Shown piece by piece: positions 34,071 to 47,621 of a stretch of 64,000 bases of DNA; position 1 is the first letter of the stretch, and each line of letters opens with the position of its first letter. The notes under the pieces are model-generated. The model was not told where the DNA came from. It ran no database searches and saw nothing but the letters and a program-made list of their open reading frames with translations. The stretch covers positions 434,001-498,000 of the forward strand of contig LSRY02000018.1 of assembly GCA_001643675.2 (NCBI GenBank). Reading direction: 5' to 3'. Source of the DNA: Monocercomonoides exilis PA203. Lineage: Eukaryota > Protista > Preaxostyla. Position numbers and translations under genes: made by a program.

Positions 34071-37000
34071 CTATCTCTCGTTGTCTTCCTGCTCTTCAGA
34101 AGCTCGCTGCAAGATCTTCTGCAGAATCGCCATTTTGCGCTCTTGCTTCTCTTTTTCACTCGCCAAAGAGGCACCCGACAAGACAGACTGCTTCTGCTTT
34201 CAAATGAGCACAAAACACACAAAAGAATAAGCGCAACATGGAAATCGAAAATAATTCGAAAAATGAATGGAATTATAAACAAATGCACATTTCAACACAT
34301 TCATAAATTGTAATTCAAAAGCAAAATGTTCAAAAAAAAAAATGAAAAAGAAAAAGAAAAAGAAAATTGAGAGAGAGAGAGAAAGAAAGAAAGAAAGAAA
34401 TCAACAAAAGAATAACCTGTTTTGTCTGTGAAGGAGATCTTGTCTTTTTGTTGGTGCTTCTTTCTTTGCTTTTGGTTTTCGTGTTCCTCTTTCGGCTGCT
34501 CAAATTCATTTGCTCTTTCTCTCTTTCCCTCCCAATCCTCGTCGAGTTCTTGAACCTCGCCTTTCCTGAAATCAGCAAAAAATCTTTCTCCCCTTTTGTC
34601 TCTGCCCTTTCCCAGTCTCCATCCACCCCTCCTCTCCTATTCCATCCTGTGTGCTTCCTCATCGCTGAACTCGTCCCTGAAGCCGATTGTGTTTTCAGAG
34701 GCGAGCCAAAATAGGCTCCTGGTGCTGCCAGCGATGAAGAGCCACAAAACTCCACAGAGCTGCCAAGTGCATGCTCATACACAATATCATCATCATCACC
34801 TTCTTCTTCTTCCTTTTCATCAGTTGCATGTGAAATACCATTCATTCTCTCTTTCTCCATCCCAATCACAGCACTTTCGCTCAGAGGCACCCATCCGTCT
34901 TCCGACACATCTGTCTGCTGTGCCTGTGCAACACTCTGCTCAGCTGTGCTTTGGCTGTACTGAATGAATGGATGCTTATTCTCAGAGGAAGAGGAAGAAG
35001 AAGAAAAGGAAGAAGAAGATGATGATGGATTGTTGTCATCTTTGGCAGAATCAGAAGGCGTGCTCACTCCATCAGAAATATCAGTCGAGCCAACAGCATT
35101 CGATCTGGATGGAAGACCATCTGCAAGAAGAGTCGAAATGTCGTCTTCTTGAAAAAGATTGACTTTTTGCTGTGTTTTTATCGAGGAGGACAGCAGCGAA
35201 GCAATGGGAGAAGATGCAAACATGTTTGGATGTGCAGAAGGATCAAGTGCAACACCAGATGAAATGAATTGGGCTGATCTCTGAGGAAGCTGTGGATGTT
35301 CCAAAGAAGAAGAAGAAGAAGAAGATGATGATGATGATGATGAAATATTCTGTTTCTCTCTTTGCGAGCAAAAGAAAAGATCGGCTGGAGGTGAATGATG
35401 TTTGACTGCTCTGAAAAAGGAATCTTCTTCGAGAGGCGAAATGGAAGAGCTGTTGAAAGAAGAAGAGGAGGGAGAAGAAGAACAGTCAGCTGTTTGTTGT
35501 TGCATCTCTTTCATCCGAAGAAGCTCACTTCCTGAATGCGAAGGTAGTGTCATCGACAAAACTGGGTCTTCAACTGAACGCAACGAAGAGCGAGGAGAGG
35601 CGTGTGTCTTGTGCAGATGGGGAGATTGGAGAGAAGAAGAAGAAGATGTTGATGTTGATGATAAATGATTGAAACAATCCCCATTGTCCTGATTATCTGT
35701 TCTTCTCCCTTCTTTTCCTTCTTTTCCTCTGCCATTCTCAGATGCCGATGGAATGGCAAGGCCAGACGAAGCTGAGGCAAGTCGCGAATACGATGTCAAA
35801 AACACAGAGTTTCTGCCAAAGGCTCTGTCTTCAGGTGCTTTTTGCCTCTTTCTGGATTCAAATTTGTTGGAATGTTGAGGAATCTGCCTCTTTTCATCGA
35901 AATCTCCCTGTTTCTGTTGTTTCTGTGAAAAGTCTGTTGCTTCACTTGTGCCTGCCTCATCCAGCCTGTCTTTCTCCTCTTTCCATCTTCTTTCCTCTTC
36001 CAGTCCGTCATCAAATGCCATCCTTTCTCCAAACTGGCTGTCAAACCCAAACACAAATGTCTTCTTTTCTGTTGACTTTGGTTTTCCCTCTTGGAATTCT
36101 TCTTCTTCTTCTTCTTCTTTTGTTCTATCTGTTTCATCTTCCCCTCGATATTCTTCCTTGTTTTCTGATGTCTCATATTGCATTTCATTTTCATTTTCAT
36201 TTTGAATTTCTTCCTCATTTTCACAGGGAAAAAACTTCTCAATCTCTTTCTCTTCTCCAACCCCATCTTCTTCTTCTTCTTCCTCTGAGTCATCATTATC
36301 TTTATCATCATCATCATTTTCTTCTTCTGTTGTATCATCATTCAGCTCAGCAACCAATTCATCTTCGATGTTGCCTTCCCTTCTTGTCTGTTTCGTCCCA
36401 TCATTTTTGGAATTGTCAACTTTCCTATCTTTTGGATTCTTCTGCTGCTTCGAAGAATGCTCTTGACCAAACAAATCACATGTGGCTTTTCCTTTTCCAT
36501 TCAATGAATTCATTCCTTTTTCTTCTTCTTTTTCTGCAATGTTTGTCGATTTCTGTGTTTTCTTCGATTCATTTTGCTGTGTCTGCTGTTGCTGCTGAGG
36601 TGAAGGCAAAAACTGAGGAGGGAAAAGAAATGGGTAAAATGGAGGGTATCCAAAGGGCAATGATGGATGATTGAATGGTTCTTGTTGTTTTTTGCATTTG
36701 GTTGAAGAAGGAGGAGAAGGAGAAGAAGAAGAGGATGATGATAGCGAAGGAGAGAAGGACGATGGATATACAGAAGTTGCTTGTGGAGGTACAAAATACG
36801 GTGGATGCAGATGAGGAAATGCGCCGACTGAATGAGAAGGATAAGGGAAAACAGGAAATTGTGGAGGGAGAACAGAAGACTGAGCCTGGGGCGCTTGCGG
36901 AGGCGGGCCTACAGACAGCAGGTTCTCACCTTCGACGTCGCTTGCGATCAAGTCTGTCAGTTTTGGCGGCATCGGCTTTATCTTCGTGTGGAGCAGCTTT

Positions 37001-38203
37001 CGACTTTGCGCTTTTCGCTCCAATTTCTCTTCTCTCAGCCTTTCTTCTTCTTCGTCGATTCGCCGCAGTTCCTCCTCCCGCCTCATTTCCATCGCTTCCC
37101 TCCGCTTTCGCATCAGCTCAATTGATCGGAGCATTTCTTCTTCCTCCTCTCTTTCTCTCGCCTTCTCCTTCTCTATATTTATAGACTCCAGTTTCTGCTT
37201 AATCTCCTCAATTTTCATTGACATCTCCTTTTGCTGCTTCGCAATTTCCTTTTCCAAGCGGCGTTTCTCTTTCTTTTCTTCTTTCTTTCTTTCTTTTTCG
37301 AATTCTTTCCTTTTTTCTCTCAAAATCCTTCTTTCTTCCTTTTCCGCTTCCATCTTCATCCTTTTCATCCTTTCCCTTTCCTTTTCCTTTTGTGCCTCTT
37401 CTTCCATTTGCCGCTTTCGATTTTTGCTTTCTTCTTTTTTCCTTTCATAAGCTTTTCTCAACCGCTCTTCTTCTGCAGCCAGTTCCTTTCTTTCTGCTTC
37501 TATTTGAAGATGAAGCATCTGCTTTTCAATTGTCCACTCTCTTTCTCTTTCTTTTTCTTCTGCCTCAGAAAATTCTCTTTCAATTCTCCGCTGTTCGATA
37601 AAATGCTTTTTCAATGCTTCAAGCTTTGAAATTTCATCTTTCTTTTGCTTACTTTGCATTTCTTCCAATTGCTTTAAAAGTTTATCGTTTTCTTCTAATT
37701 CCAGTTGTTCAGTTTCATAGCTATTACTTGTGCGTTTTAGTTTTTGAATGAAATTTTCTTTTAGGATTGATCTTTTCTTTGATTTTATTTCTTCTATCTC
37801 GCGCTTTGCTTTCTTTTTCATATGAAAAAGTTTTTTTTCTTCTTTCAACAACAAAGAATCAGATAAAAAATTGTCCTCCGGCTTCAATTCTTCATAGGAT
37901 CCTACGTTAATAATCAGTAACATAAAAGAAGGAATATAATTTATGATTTTCATATTGATAGAAACCTGATAGTTTTTGTTGCGCAGAAATTTCTTCCAAG
38001 TCCTCATCAAAATCAACGCTCTTCCCCATATTAACATCATTAATTTTACGAATAGGTTTTGTTGTTCTTCTTTTAGTTTCGGTAGCGTCGTTAATTCTTT
38101 GGTTTGATGTGATATTATTCTTTATTACCGCATTTTTCCGCTTGGAGTGTCTTTTCTTCAAATATACATCAATTGAATTTAATGTGTTTTCCTCATCTAT
38201 CAT
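34071..38203 (-). CDS. Hypothetical coiled-coil / low-complexity protein (at least 3 exons)
   Basis: Exon 38203-37966, intron 37902-37965 (keeps frame), long E/K/R-rich and Ser-rich exon to ~34418, last exon ...ERKMAILQKILQRASEEQEDNER* ending 34071. Confidence 0.7.
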
Positions 38204-38804
38204 ATGTATAAGGAAAAAACGCGATATCTATCTTTATTTAAGTTGAAATTTTAAAAAAGTTATTTATCTAAAAGAATCAAATTTTAATAAGGGTCCTTCA
38301 ATGAACTTACACTCTGTTTTTTTCATTAACTTGAAGTTTAATTCTTTTGGAATAACAGCAATAAAATAAATTTAGTAAAGTTTCAATTGTCATCAAATTT
38401 TCGATCAAGTTTAATTGAACAAATAAAACTTATTTATTTATTTCCTGAAAAACAAAAGCAGAAAAAAACAAAAATGAATTATTCAAAGATGACAAAGTTG
38501 CACCAAAAATGGTGATGATTTTTCTTTAAAGAACAGATTGGAGTTGTGTTCTAATCTAATTTATCTGAATGTTGTATTTTGTCTTCAAATCAGTTTTTTT
38601 AACGAAATTTTCAAGCCATTTTGAAAATTATTTTTTGATTCAAACTACAAGAAGCAATGGTTGATCATTTAAATAGCAGTTTCTTTGCTGATTTCTTCTT
38701 CTTTTTTTATTTTCCAAAAAATCCAAGTATTGACTAATTTATAATACGAAAAAATAAATAAATAAATAAATAAATATAAAGATACGAATTTAACATCAAA
38801 ATAT

Positions 38805-39516
38805 TTAAGATGGATGGATGCTTCTCATCATCTTTACGCATTGAATAATATTACGATTGAAGTTCGATTTGGATATCGTTTCATTAGCATCTAAAACATT
38901 ATTAAAAATCTAATAAAAAATATAAATATATGAAAGTTGTAAATAGAATTTCAATTTTTATTATTTTTTTATGAAAAATGATTCACACATTTGTTTGAAG
39001 AACCTCTTTCAAAGATTGCTGCTGGCAGAGAGGATATTGTTCAATGATATCATTAACAGCCGCATCATACAACTTGAATGTTTTCATTTCAAAATGTGAA
39101 TTTCAAAAAAAAAAAAAGGTAAAAAAAAATGAAAATAATGAAATAAGAAGAAGGAAAATGATAAAAATTATGGAGAATAAAAGAAAAGAAAAGAAAACGA
39201 AAGAATTGAATGATCTTTTCATCATACGTTCTTTTTCCAGAAAACAAGTATCAAAAGAGCATCAGAAGCAGATTGAGGGCAATCAACATCTTGAAGCACA
39301 ATATGTACCAGCTGCTTTATAAGCTCAAACAATGCGACAGGATGCTGTTAAATTTGGTGGAAATAAAAAAAGAAAAGAAAAAGAAAGAAAAAGAAAGAAT
39401 GAAAAATTATTTAAATAATGAAGTTGAAAAAATTAAGATAGCAGAAAGAAAGAAAGAAAGAAGAAGAAGAGTTTTCATGAATGAAAATAGAATCACGAAA
39501 TAAAAAATTAATTAAT

Positions 39517-39566
<50 letters not shown>

Positions 39567-42500
39567 TAAAAAAATCCTCATAATTGAAACATTATCCAAT
39601 AACGATACATAAAGCACTCAAATATCATTAAGCATTTATGTATTATCTGATTGTTAATTCAACCATACTCTTTCTTCGAATGCCATCCACTTGCACATTG
39701 TTGGAGAAAGGCAGTTTCGGTTTATGTACAGAAAGACATAAAGAGATGATATAGCATTGCAGGCAAGCTTGACAACTTGTGGGGCTTTATGAAAAAATAA
39801 ACCAATTAATTAATAAAAATAATGAAAAAGGAAAAGAAATGTCAAAAATGCAAAGAATGAATAAGCATAGACAAAGATAACAATATTCGAAAAATAAAAC
39901 AAACAAATAAAAATCTCAAAAAAACAATTATTTCAAAAAGAAAAATATGAAAAATAACAATAACAATAAAAATTAAATTTCAGTTATGAAGTTATTCAGC
40001 AAACACAATGACTTCAATGCCGTGTGCAGTTTATTCAGCAGCCCAATCATCACATACGGCGGCTGCTCTGCTGGCAAACTGAGATTCTTCATGTCTGGGT
40101 TCGAAACAGCAGCAATAGGAGCCGGAATGAGAAGAGATGTGGAGGCAGAAGAGGCAAGCAGCGATGTTGAGGCAATGATTGAGGCAAAATACGGCCTGAG
40201 CTCTTGCTGAAAGGGGAGAGAGAGGGAAACTGGGACAGTGAATTCGGAATGGATAGTGAGCGGGTCGAAAAAACAGACGTTTACGGTGGAATTTGTGTGG
40301 TAGAACAAGATGCTGCTGATGAACTCAAACACACGCTGGGGAAGTTTTGGATAGAGCTGATATGTGAAAATAACAATAAATTGGATGGAAGAGGAAGTGG
40401 TGTGTTGAAGAGGGAAAGAGAAAGAGAAATGGATAGAAAAAAGAAAATGAAAAGACAAAAGAACATTAAAAAACAAACAAATAAATAAATAAATAAATAC
40501 ACATTGAATCATTGAAATTACAATTAATATCAAATATTAAAATTATTCACAATATTATTTGCAATCTCAAATATACACATTCATATGTACACAATAAACT
40601 TCCCATCCACACCATAATTTCCTTTGCAGGGAGCAAATGAATCGCATTAAGCAGATCAAACAGGATATAATAAACAGAATAGTCTCCATAGAATGCACAA
40701 GCACCAAAGTGGATGTAATGCCCCAATATCATGTTGTTTGCACATATCAGTGCATGCGACAACGGACGGATAATCAAGCTGTACATGGAAGAAGTAGAGA
40801 ATTGCCTCGTTATGGAAGAGAAAGAGGAAGAAGAGGAAGAAGAGGAAGATAATGATGAAAAAGAAGAAAGAGAAGAAGATGCAGAAGCAGAAGCATCCAT
40901 TTGTCCTCCTTCAATTTCTCTCTGTTCTCCTCCTCCCCCTTCTTTTACTGCAACTTCCTCTTTCTTTTCTTTATTTCTCCTCCTCTTCATCTCCTCCTCC
41001 TTCATCTCCCCCCTCTCCTGCGTGAATGCCTTCTCTTCCTTTTGCCGATACAGCACCATCAAACACCTCGAGGCGTGCCTGCACACAATCTGAACACACT
41101 GACTCACCAGCCTTAAGATCAGAGGGCCATAAGCTATTTCAGCAGAGGCCAAGTCAATGGAAAGCCTGGCGCTGCGGTTCAAAACGACCTCAGCCACCAG
41201 CTTCAGCAGAGAAGAGGACATTTTGCCGTCTTCGATCCACAAATCGAGTAAAGCAACAAGAACAGGGAGGAAAGGGGAAAGAGAGCGGAGGAACAAAGAA
41301 TAGCTGGAGGTGGTGGTGATAGAGGCAGTAAAGCCACGCAAGGAAGCAAACAGAGAAAGAAGAGGGGTGCGGTTTTGAGGGCTGCGAAAGGCGGGGGGAA
41401 GAAAGGGGAGGGAAGTGGATGGGTCTGTGCTGATGTTTCCGGAGAGGGTGGAGAGCTGAGAGAAAAGGGGAGAAATGAAGCTCAGGAAGAGGTGGGTGCG
41501 TGAAGGGAAGAGGAGTCTGGAAAAAAAGTTGGAGAAAGAAAGAAAGAAAGAAAAATGAAAAAGATTAAAAAAAAAATTCAAAGAAAAATAATAAAAGAAT
41601 AAAAAGTGTGTGAAAAATTCAAAAAAAAAAAAAAATTGAAATTAATAAATAAATGAGAAAGAAATTAACAAATAAATAAAGAACATCATACTTTCCTAAG
41701 ATGAAGTAGTAAGTGTAAAGAGACGAAGAGTAAGTCCTCAAGAAGGGATATGAAGTGTTGCCACCTGTCTGAAGAAGTGATTCAACCTAATTATCAGAAA
41801 TAAATAAATTTAAGAACAAAATTCAAGAAAATAAATAATGGGATTAATTGTGAAATAGAGAAAAAAAAGAAAAAGAAAAAGAAAAAGAAAAAGAAAAAGA
41901 AAAAGAAAAAGAAAAAGAAAAAGAAAAAGAAAAAGAAAAAGAAAAAGAAAAAGAAAAAGAAAAAGAAAAAGAATACACAAAATTCAATTTTTATAAGAAA
42001 AATCGAAAAATAAGAAGATTCATAAAAAAAAAAGTTAAAATTTCCAGTAATTTTCCATTTAACAATCATCACAAACAACTGGCAATTTCGAATTCGCGTC
42101 CTGGTAGTAATAATTCGTGACTATTTTTTCCATCAAATCCAAGCTTTCAACACGCACATCTGCATTGATATGCCCAAAAAACCTCAAAAAATGCAAAGAA
42201 AACGCAAAAAGTGAGTTAATTATGCCGTTAAATGAAGATAATTCTATGAAATTCTTCTGCTTTAGGTTGAAAAGGAGGGATGTGTTGAGTGTTAAGCTGG
42301 AGTCGGCAAAACGCGAGCGGAATTTGGAGAGAAAAGTGATGGCTGAGAGAACTAGCTTGATGAAAGGGGAATATTGTGGAGAGAAAGAGGAAGGGAAAAC
42401 TGAACTGGATGAGGAGGAAGAAGAAGAAAGAGAAGATGATGATGATGAAGAGGAGGAGGAAGAAGAAATATTTGATGAAGAAGAAGAATTTGTCGATGCT

Positions 42501-42696
42501 GCTGTTGAAGTTGCAATCAATACAGTTGCACATTTTGTGAAGAGCGATTTTTCAGAGGTGAGAAAGTAAACAAGCTCAAATCCACACGCCGAAAGCAAAG
42601 AGTCCATAACAGTTGGATTGACATAGGAACTATCTTGTTCTGTTAGATTATTCATTGAAAAAGAAGAGGAGGAAGAAGAGGAGGAAGAAGAAGAGA

Positions 42697-42729
<33 letters not shown>

Positions 42730-45700
42730 GATAAGAAGAATTATAAGGAGAAGAAATCGAAGAAGAACCGTTCATTTCTTGCAAGATTCCATTCGAAGCA
42801 CCCAAAAAGAAAGGAGAAGGAAGAGCAGGGGAGCTGATTGTGTATGAAATACAGTTCATTATCCATGCAAGTCGTGTTGCATTGATTTCTAAGCTTTCCC
42901 TCAGCTCCTTCGAACAAGAAGATTTTGAGTATATTTCGTTTATTTGGGATTTGAAAAGGGAGAAAAGGGAAGAGAAGGAAGAAGAAAGAGGGGAAATCAT
43001 TGTGAGGAAGGAGAAGCGAATAAGAGGGGCAAGAGAACTGAGCTGGATGGAGAGGGTGGAGGAGTCGAGGAGAGGGTCTGGGAAGGAGAGAGGGAGGAAG
43101 AGAGAGAAAGAGTAAGAGAAAGAGGATAAATTATAGAAGAGACAAAAAAACAAGAAGAATAATAATAAAATAAAACAAAATAAAAAATAACGAAAGATCA
43201 ATACAAAATTTACCACAAAATCAGAAAAAATAAAAATTTAAATAAATAAATAAAAAAGAGAAATCAAACCTTCGTCTTCAGAAATGTCGTGTCTGCAGAC
43301 AGAAGCAGCGATGTGTATACGAGAATCAAGAAAGGTCTTGACAATCATTGGAATCAGGTTCTCCCACGAAAACAAAGGGGAAGAAGAGGAAGAAGAGGAG
43401 GAAGAAGAAGGGGAAGAGGAGAAGGAAGAAGGAGAGGAGAAAGAAGAAGATGATGATGAAGTGATATTTGAAGTGATTGGTGAATTGAATGAAGAAGAAA
43501 GAGAAGAAATCGATGAAGAAGAAGAAGATGATGATGATGATACAGCTGGCACATATTCAGCCATTCCCTTCGAAACAGAAAGGTTTCCAAGTTCACTGCT
43601 AATCTCCACGTCCATCACATTGCTGTCACCTGCGTTCATTTCTCTTTCTCTTTCTCTTTCTCCTTCTCCTTCTTCCTCTTGTTCCATTCTTCCTCCTTGC
43701 ATACTGTTATTATTATTATTATTCCTCAAAGAATTATTTCTCAAATTATCTGCGCTAAGCAGCCCTCCTTCTCCATCATACATCTTCATCTTACTTCCTA
43801 ATGCGCTTGTCATTCCACATGAAAATCTTTCTTTTTCTCTTTCTTTCTCCTTCTCCCTCTCTTTCTCCCTCTCCCTCTCTCTTCTCTCTGCTCTTGCTGT
43901 TATCCTTTCTTTCTCCTTCTCCTCTTCGTCCCACTGAACAACACGCTCCCAAAAGCGAAGAAGGAAAAAAGCAGAATTTTGCGACCACTGCCACGAAGCA
44001 AAGGATTGTGTGGTGATGGCAAAAACTGCATTTAAGAAGTCAGAGAACAAATTGGGGGATGAAGGAGAAGGAGAAGAAACAGAAGAAGGAGGAGGAAGAG
44101 AAGGAGGAGGAAGAGAAGAAGAAGGAAGAGAAGAAGAAGGAAGAGAAGAAGAAGAAGAAAGTGAAATGGAATTTTGATTGGGGATGAGAGAGGAATGAAG
44201 GCAACTGTATTGTATTTCGTTGAGGGTGTATGTGTGGATGAAGCGGCAGAGCAGATAGCAGAGCTCGTGGAAGAGATCGTGAGAGGCAAAGCCTTGAAAG
44301 GAGGGAGAAGAAGAAGAAAGAAAGAAAGAAGAAAGAAGAAGAAGAGAAGAAGAAGAAGAAGAGAAGAAGAAGAAGAAGAGGGATAAGGAAAGGGAGTGAA
44401 GTTGTATGTTAATAGATTAAATAATTTATTAATTAAAAAAAAAAAAAAAAAAAAGAGGAAAATAAAATAAAAAATATTGAATAAAAACAATTCGCCAGTT
44501 CAAAAAATAAAAAAATAAATAAATATTAAAATAAATAAACACACCGATTTTCCTTTTTATGATTTCTGTGGTAGATCGGACGATTTCTCTAATAAAACCA
44601 AGTTTTGTGTTCTCATTGATAAATGCTTCACCTTTCACACTTGCCAAACTGGAGGCTATTTGCAATAACTGTGTTATAATGTGGTAAGTTCGGAAATTAT
44701 TCGAAGTATAAAAATCATAATTTTAAATTGAAAAAAAATGAAAAAAATTTAAAGTTTAAATAAAAGAGAATTTCATAAAGGAATAAGAAAAAGGAAAAAA
44801 GAAAAGAAATGAATGTTATATGTAATTGGAGAGTCATATTAATAAAAAAAAAAGAAACAAACAATTTTCTTCTGCAATTCAGTTGTGTATGGCTGTGCAT
44901 ACAGATAGAATATCGATGATAACAGAAATGGCTCCTCAATAATCACACACCACTTCTTTGAAAGCTGAACAAAAAGTATAAAAAATCAATCATTAAAAAA
45001 ATAAATAAATAAATTCAAAGAAAAATGTTTTGAAAAAATGAAAGATAATGAGTTAGAAAAAAAGAAACGAAATGCATTTGAAAAGAAAGAAATAAATCAT
45101 ATTTAGAAATTAAAAATAATCACAATATATTTTCAATTTTTTTTCTTTTTCTTTTTCTTTTTTTTTTTTTTTATTTTCAATCATAACAATAATAACAATA
45201 ACAAATCATACAACAACTGGAGTCATCTCTTCCAGTGAGTCCGAAAAGCGCTGATAAGAATCGAATGATAGGCAGTTTGACAGCAGCTCAAGAGAACATG
45301 TCAAAAGAATCTCTATCAACCTTCCTATAAAAAAAATAAATAAATTATTTCAAAGTATTAGGAAATAAATTAAACGAATTAGTTTTACAAAGTTTTGAAA
45401 TTCAATTCATAAAAAAAAAAAAAAAAAAAAGACAAACTGAAAAAACACTTTCAAATATAATCTCATTCAAAATACTTTTTAAATTTTTAAAAAAAAGAAG
45501 AAGAAGAATAATAAAAAGATATTGCAACAAAAAAAACATTGCCTTTTCACATTATCAACATTCCAATTCTCAAACCATTATCATTCTGCACTTTCCCTTG
45601 TAAAAGCATTCTCACATGTCTAAACGCCACAATCGCTGAGGGCAGCAGCACACTATTTTTGAACTCGTTATCCAACTTCTTCCTTTCCTGCGGTGTGACC

Positions 45701-46668
45701 TTCACTTTTTCACCATTGGCACTCACTTCTCTTGTGATCGACAGAAGCAGCTCTGTTCCCACAATCACACTCGCCAGCTGCAAAATCTGTGATTGCAGTG
45801 GTTGCAGTGGTTGAAGTGATTGAATTGACTGCATTGCCGGCAAAGCCGGCAAAGTTGACAAAGCTGTGGGGTTTATTCCCTCTGTTTGTTCGGACAGAAT
45901 AAAAAATGAACCAAATTCTTCACACGAAATAGGAGCCATATCTGTAACCCACAGCAGCTTCAGAAGAACAGCCAGCGAATCACAGATGCTCTGCAGGCTT
46001 GTCATGAGCGGAGGAAGCTGGTGCTGTTTGGGGAATGGAGAAGATTCTGATGTTGACGGAGAAGAGAAACCTGAGGTTGCGGTTTGTGCAGCTGGGAAAA
46101 ATGGCGTTGAACAGTTTCCGAATGACGCTGTGACCAATTCGCCACCTTTTGTCATGAGATATTTCAACAAGAATGCTCCTTAAATCATTTGACAAAATGT
46201 CAAATGAAGGCAAATATAAAATGGTGATGTTTCACATTAAATTCAATTTGAGGAATCAACCACAATTCAAAGATGATTGTCAAATATTAATTTTGTAATA
46301 TATTGATAAAAAATTAAAACAATTGTTTTGAACAAAAAATTAAAAGAAAATGAAAGTGATAAATATTAATAATAGTCCATCAATTTTTTTCCACCACTAA
46401 ATTAAAAAATCATACGGAAACCAATTTTTTCTTCTTTCGAAATGGCATCCCAGTGTTCAACAAAATACCTGCTTAGCGATTTGCCAATGTATAATATTGA
46501 ATATGGATTAACCGTTTTTTCCAGAAAATACTTGCAATTTTCAAGAAAATGAGGGAGTTGGGTAAATTTTTGCAATTTGAACATTGCTTCATCATAAGCA
46601 TCTCTAGATGGCACAAGATAGAAATTTGAGCACAAATCATCAAAATTGAAATTTTCCAAATAATTCAT
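38805..46668 (-). CDS. XPO7: Exportin-7 / RanBP16-17-like importin-beta family protein, multi-exon
   Basis: Exon peptides resemble XPO7 signatures: DDLCSNFY...LENCKYFLE, WQWSQNSAFFLLRFWER, LLKLVAEVVLNRSARL, GHYIHFGACAFYGD, YPKL. Exon boundaries approximate. Confidence 0.8.
41866..41972 (+). repeat. (AAAAAG)n hexanucleotide microsatellite in an XPO7 intron
   Basis: About 17 uninterrupted units read directly. Confidence 0.9.
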
Positions 46669-47621
46669 TCCGTATTTCAAATGAATGCTAACGCTGTGAA
46701 GTGAAATATTTTGAGATAATTTGTTTTTCGTAAATATTTACAAATGATATTTAAACTAATCAGGATGCAAACAATCAATGATTTATGCGAAATTTTAATT
46801 GAAAATTTTCGAGAATAATTATTTAAATATGTCTTTACAACTCTATAAATTGATATCTTCAAAATATTTTACCATTATTTTGTTTGATAATTCGGTTTTA
46901 ACCATAAACAATTTATTGAATAAATCAAATCAATTCAAATAAAAGGCTAATACCAATAATATGCAATCTAAAATTAAATTCTTGAAAAATGGAATGAAAA
47001 GAAAATGTAACTTTATTTACCAAAACTAATAATTTTTGAATGTTGATGACAAAAATTAAGAATTACTAAATGGATAAAAAAAATGTCATTTACAATATTG
47101 AATGACATATCGCAACAACAAGAATTATAAAATGGCAAAATAAACGAGATGAAAAAAAGATTGTCGAATGATAAAGGGTTAAATAAAAAAAATAAAAGCA
47201 GTGAGAAATTGGAGGAACACTGAAAGAAAAATAATGAGCATTTATAAATATATAAGTATATCAATCAACCAATAAATCAAGCAAAAAAAGAAAAGCAAAG
47301 CTCTGATCAAATGAAATGAAATGAATGTTGCATCATCATTCACTTTTGCGATTCTTCTTGTCTTCAGGCTGTTCCAATAAAAATGCATTTTATAAAAAAA
47401 ATCATTCAATCCAATCAAGTTTTCAAAAAAGGTGGCGTTATTTCAGTTGTTGTAATAGTGACTTCCTTCTTCTCATTTCTAAATTTGCATTCTACATTCA
47501 ATTTTTCTTCTAATAAAACCATAAAAAAAAAATTCAATAATTAAAAAAATTTATAAAATTCAAATGAATAAAATAAAATAAATTATTTAAAAAAAAATTA
47601 AATTTATAAAATTCAAACATT

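Noticed and set aside
41794-42078. Poly-Phe ORF
   Set aside because: Translation of the intronic (AAAAAG)n microsatellite.
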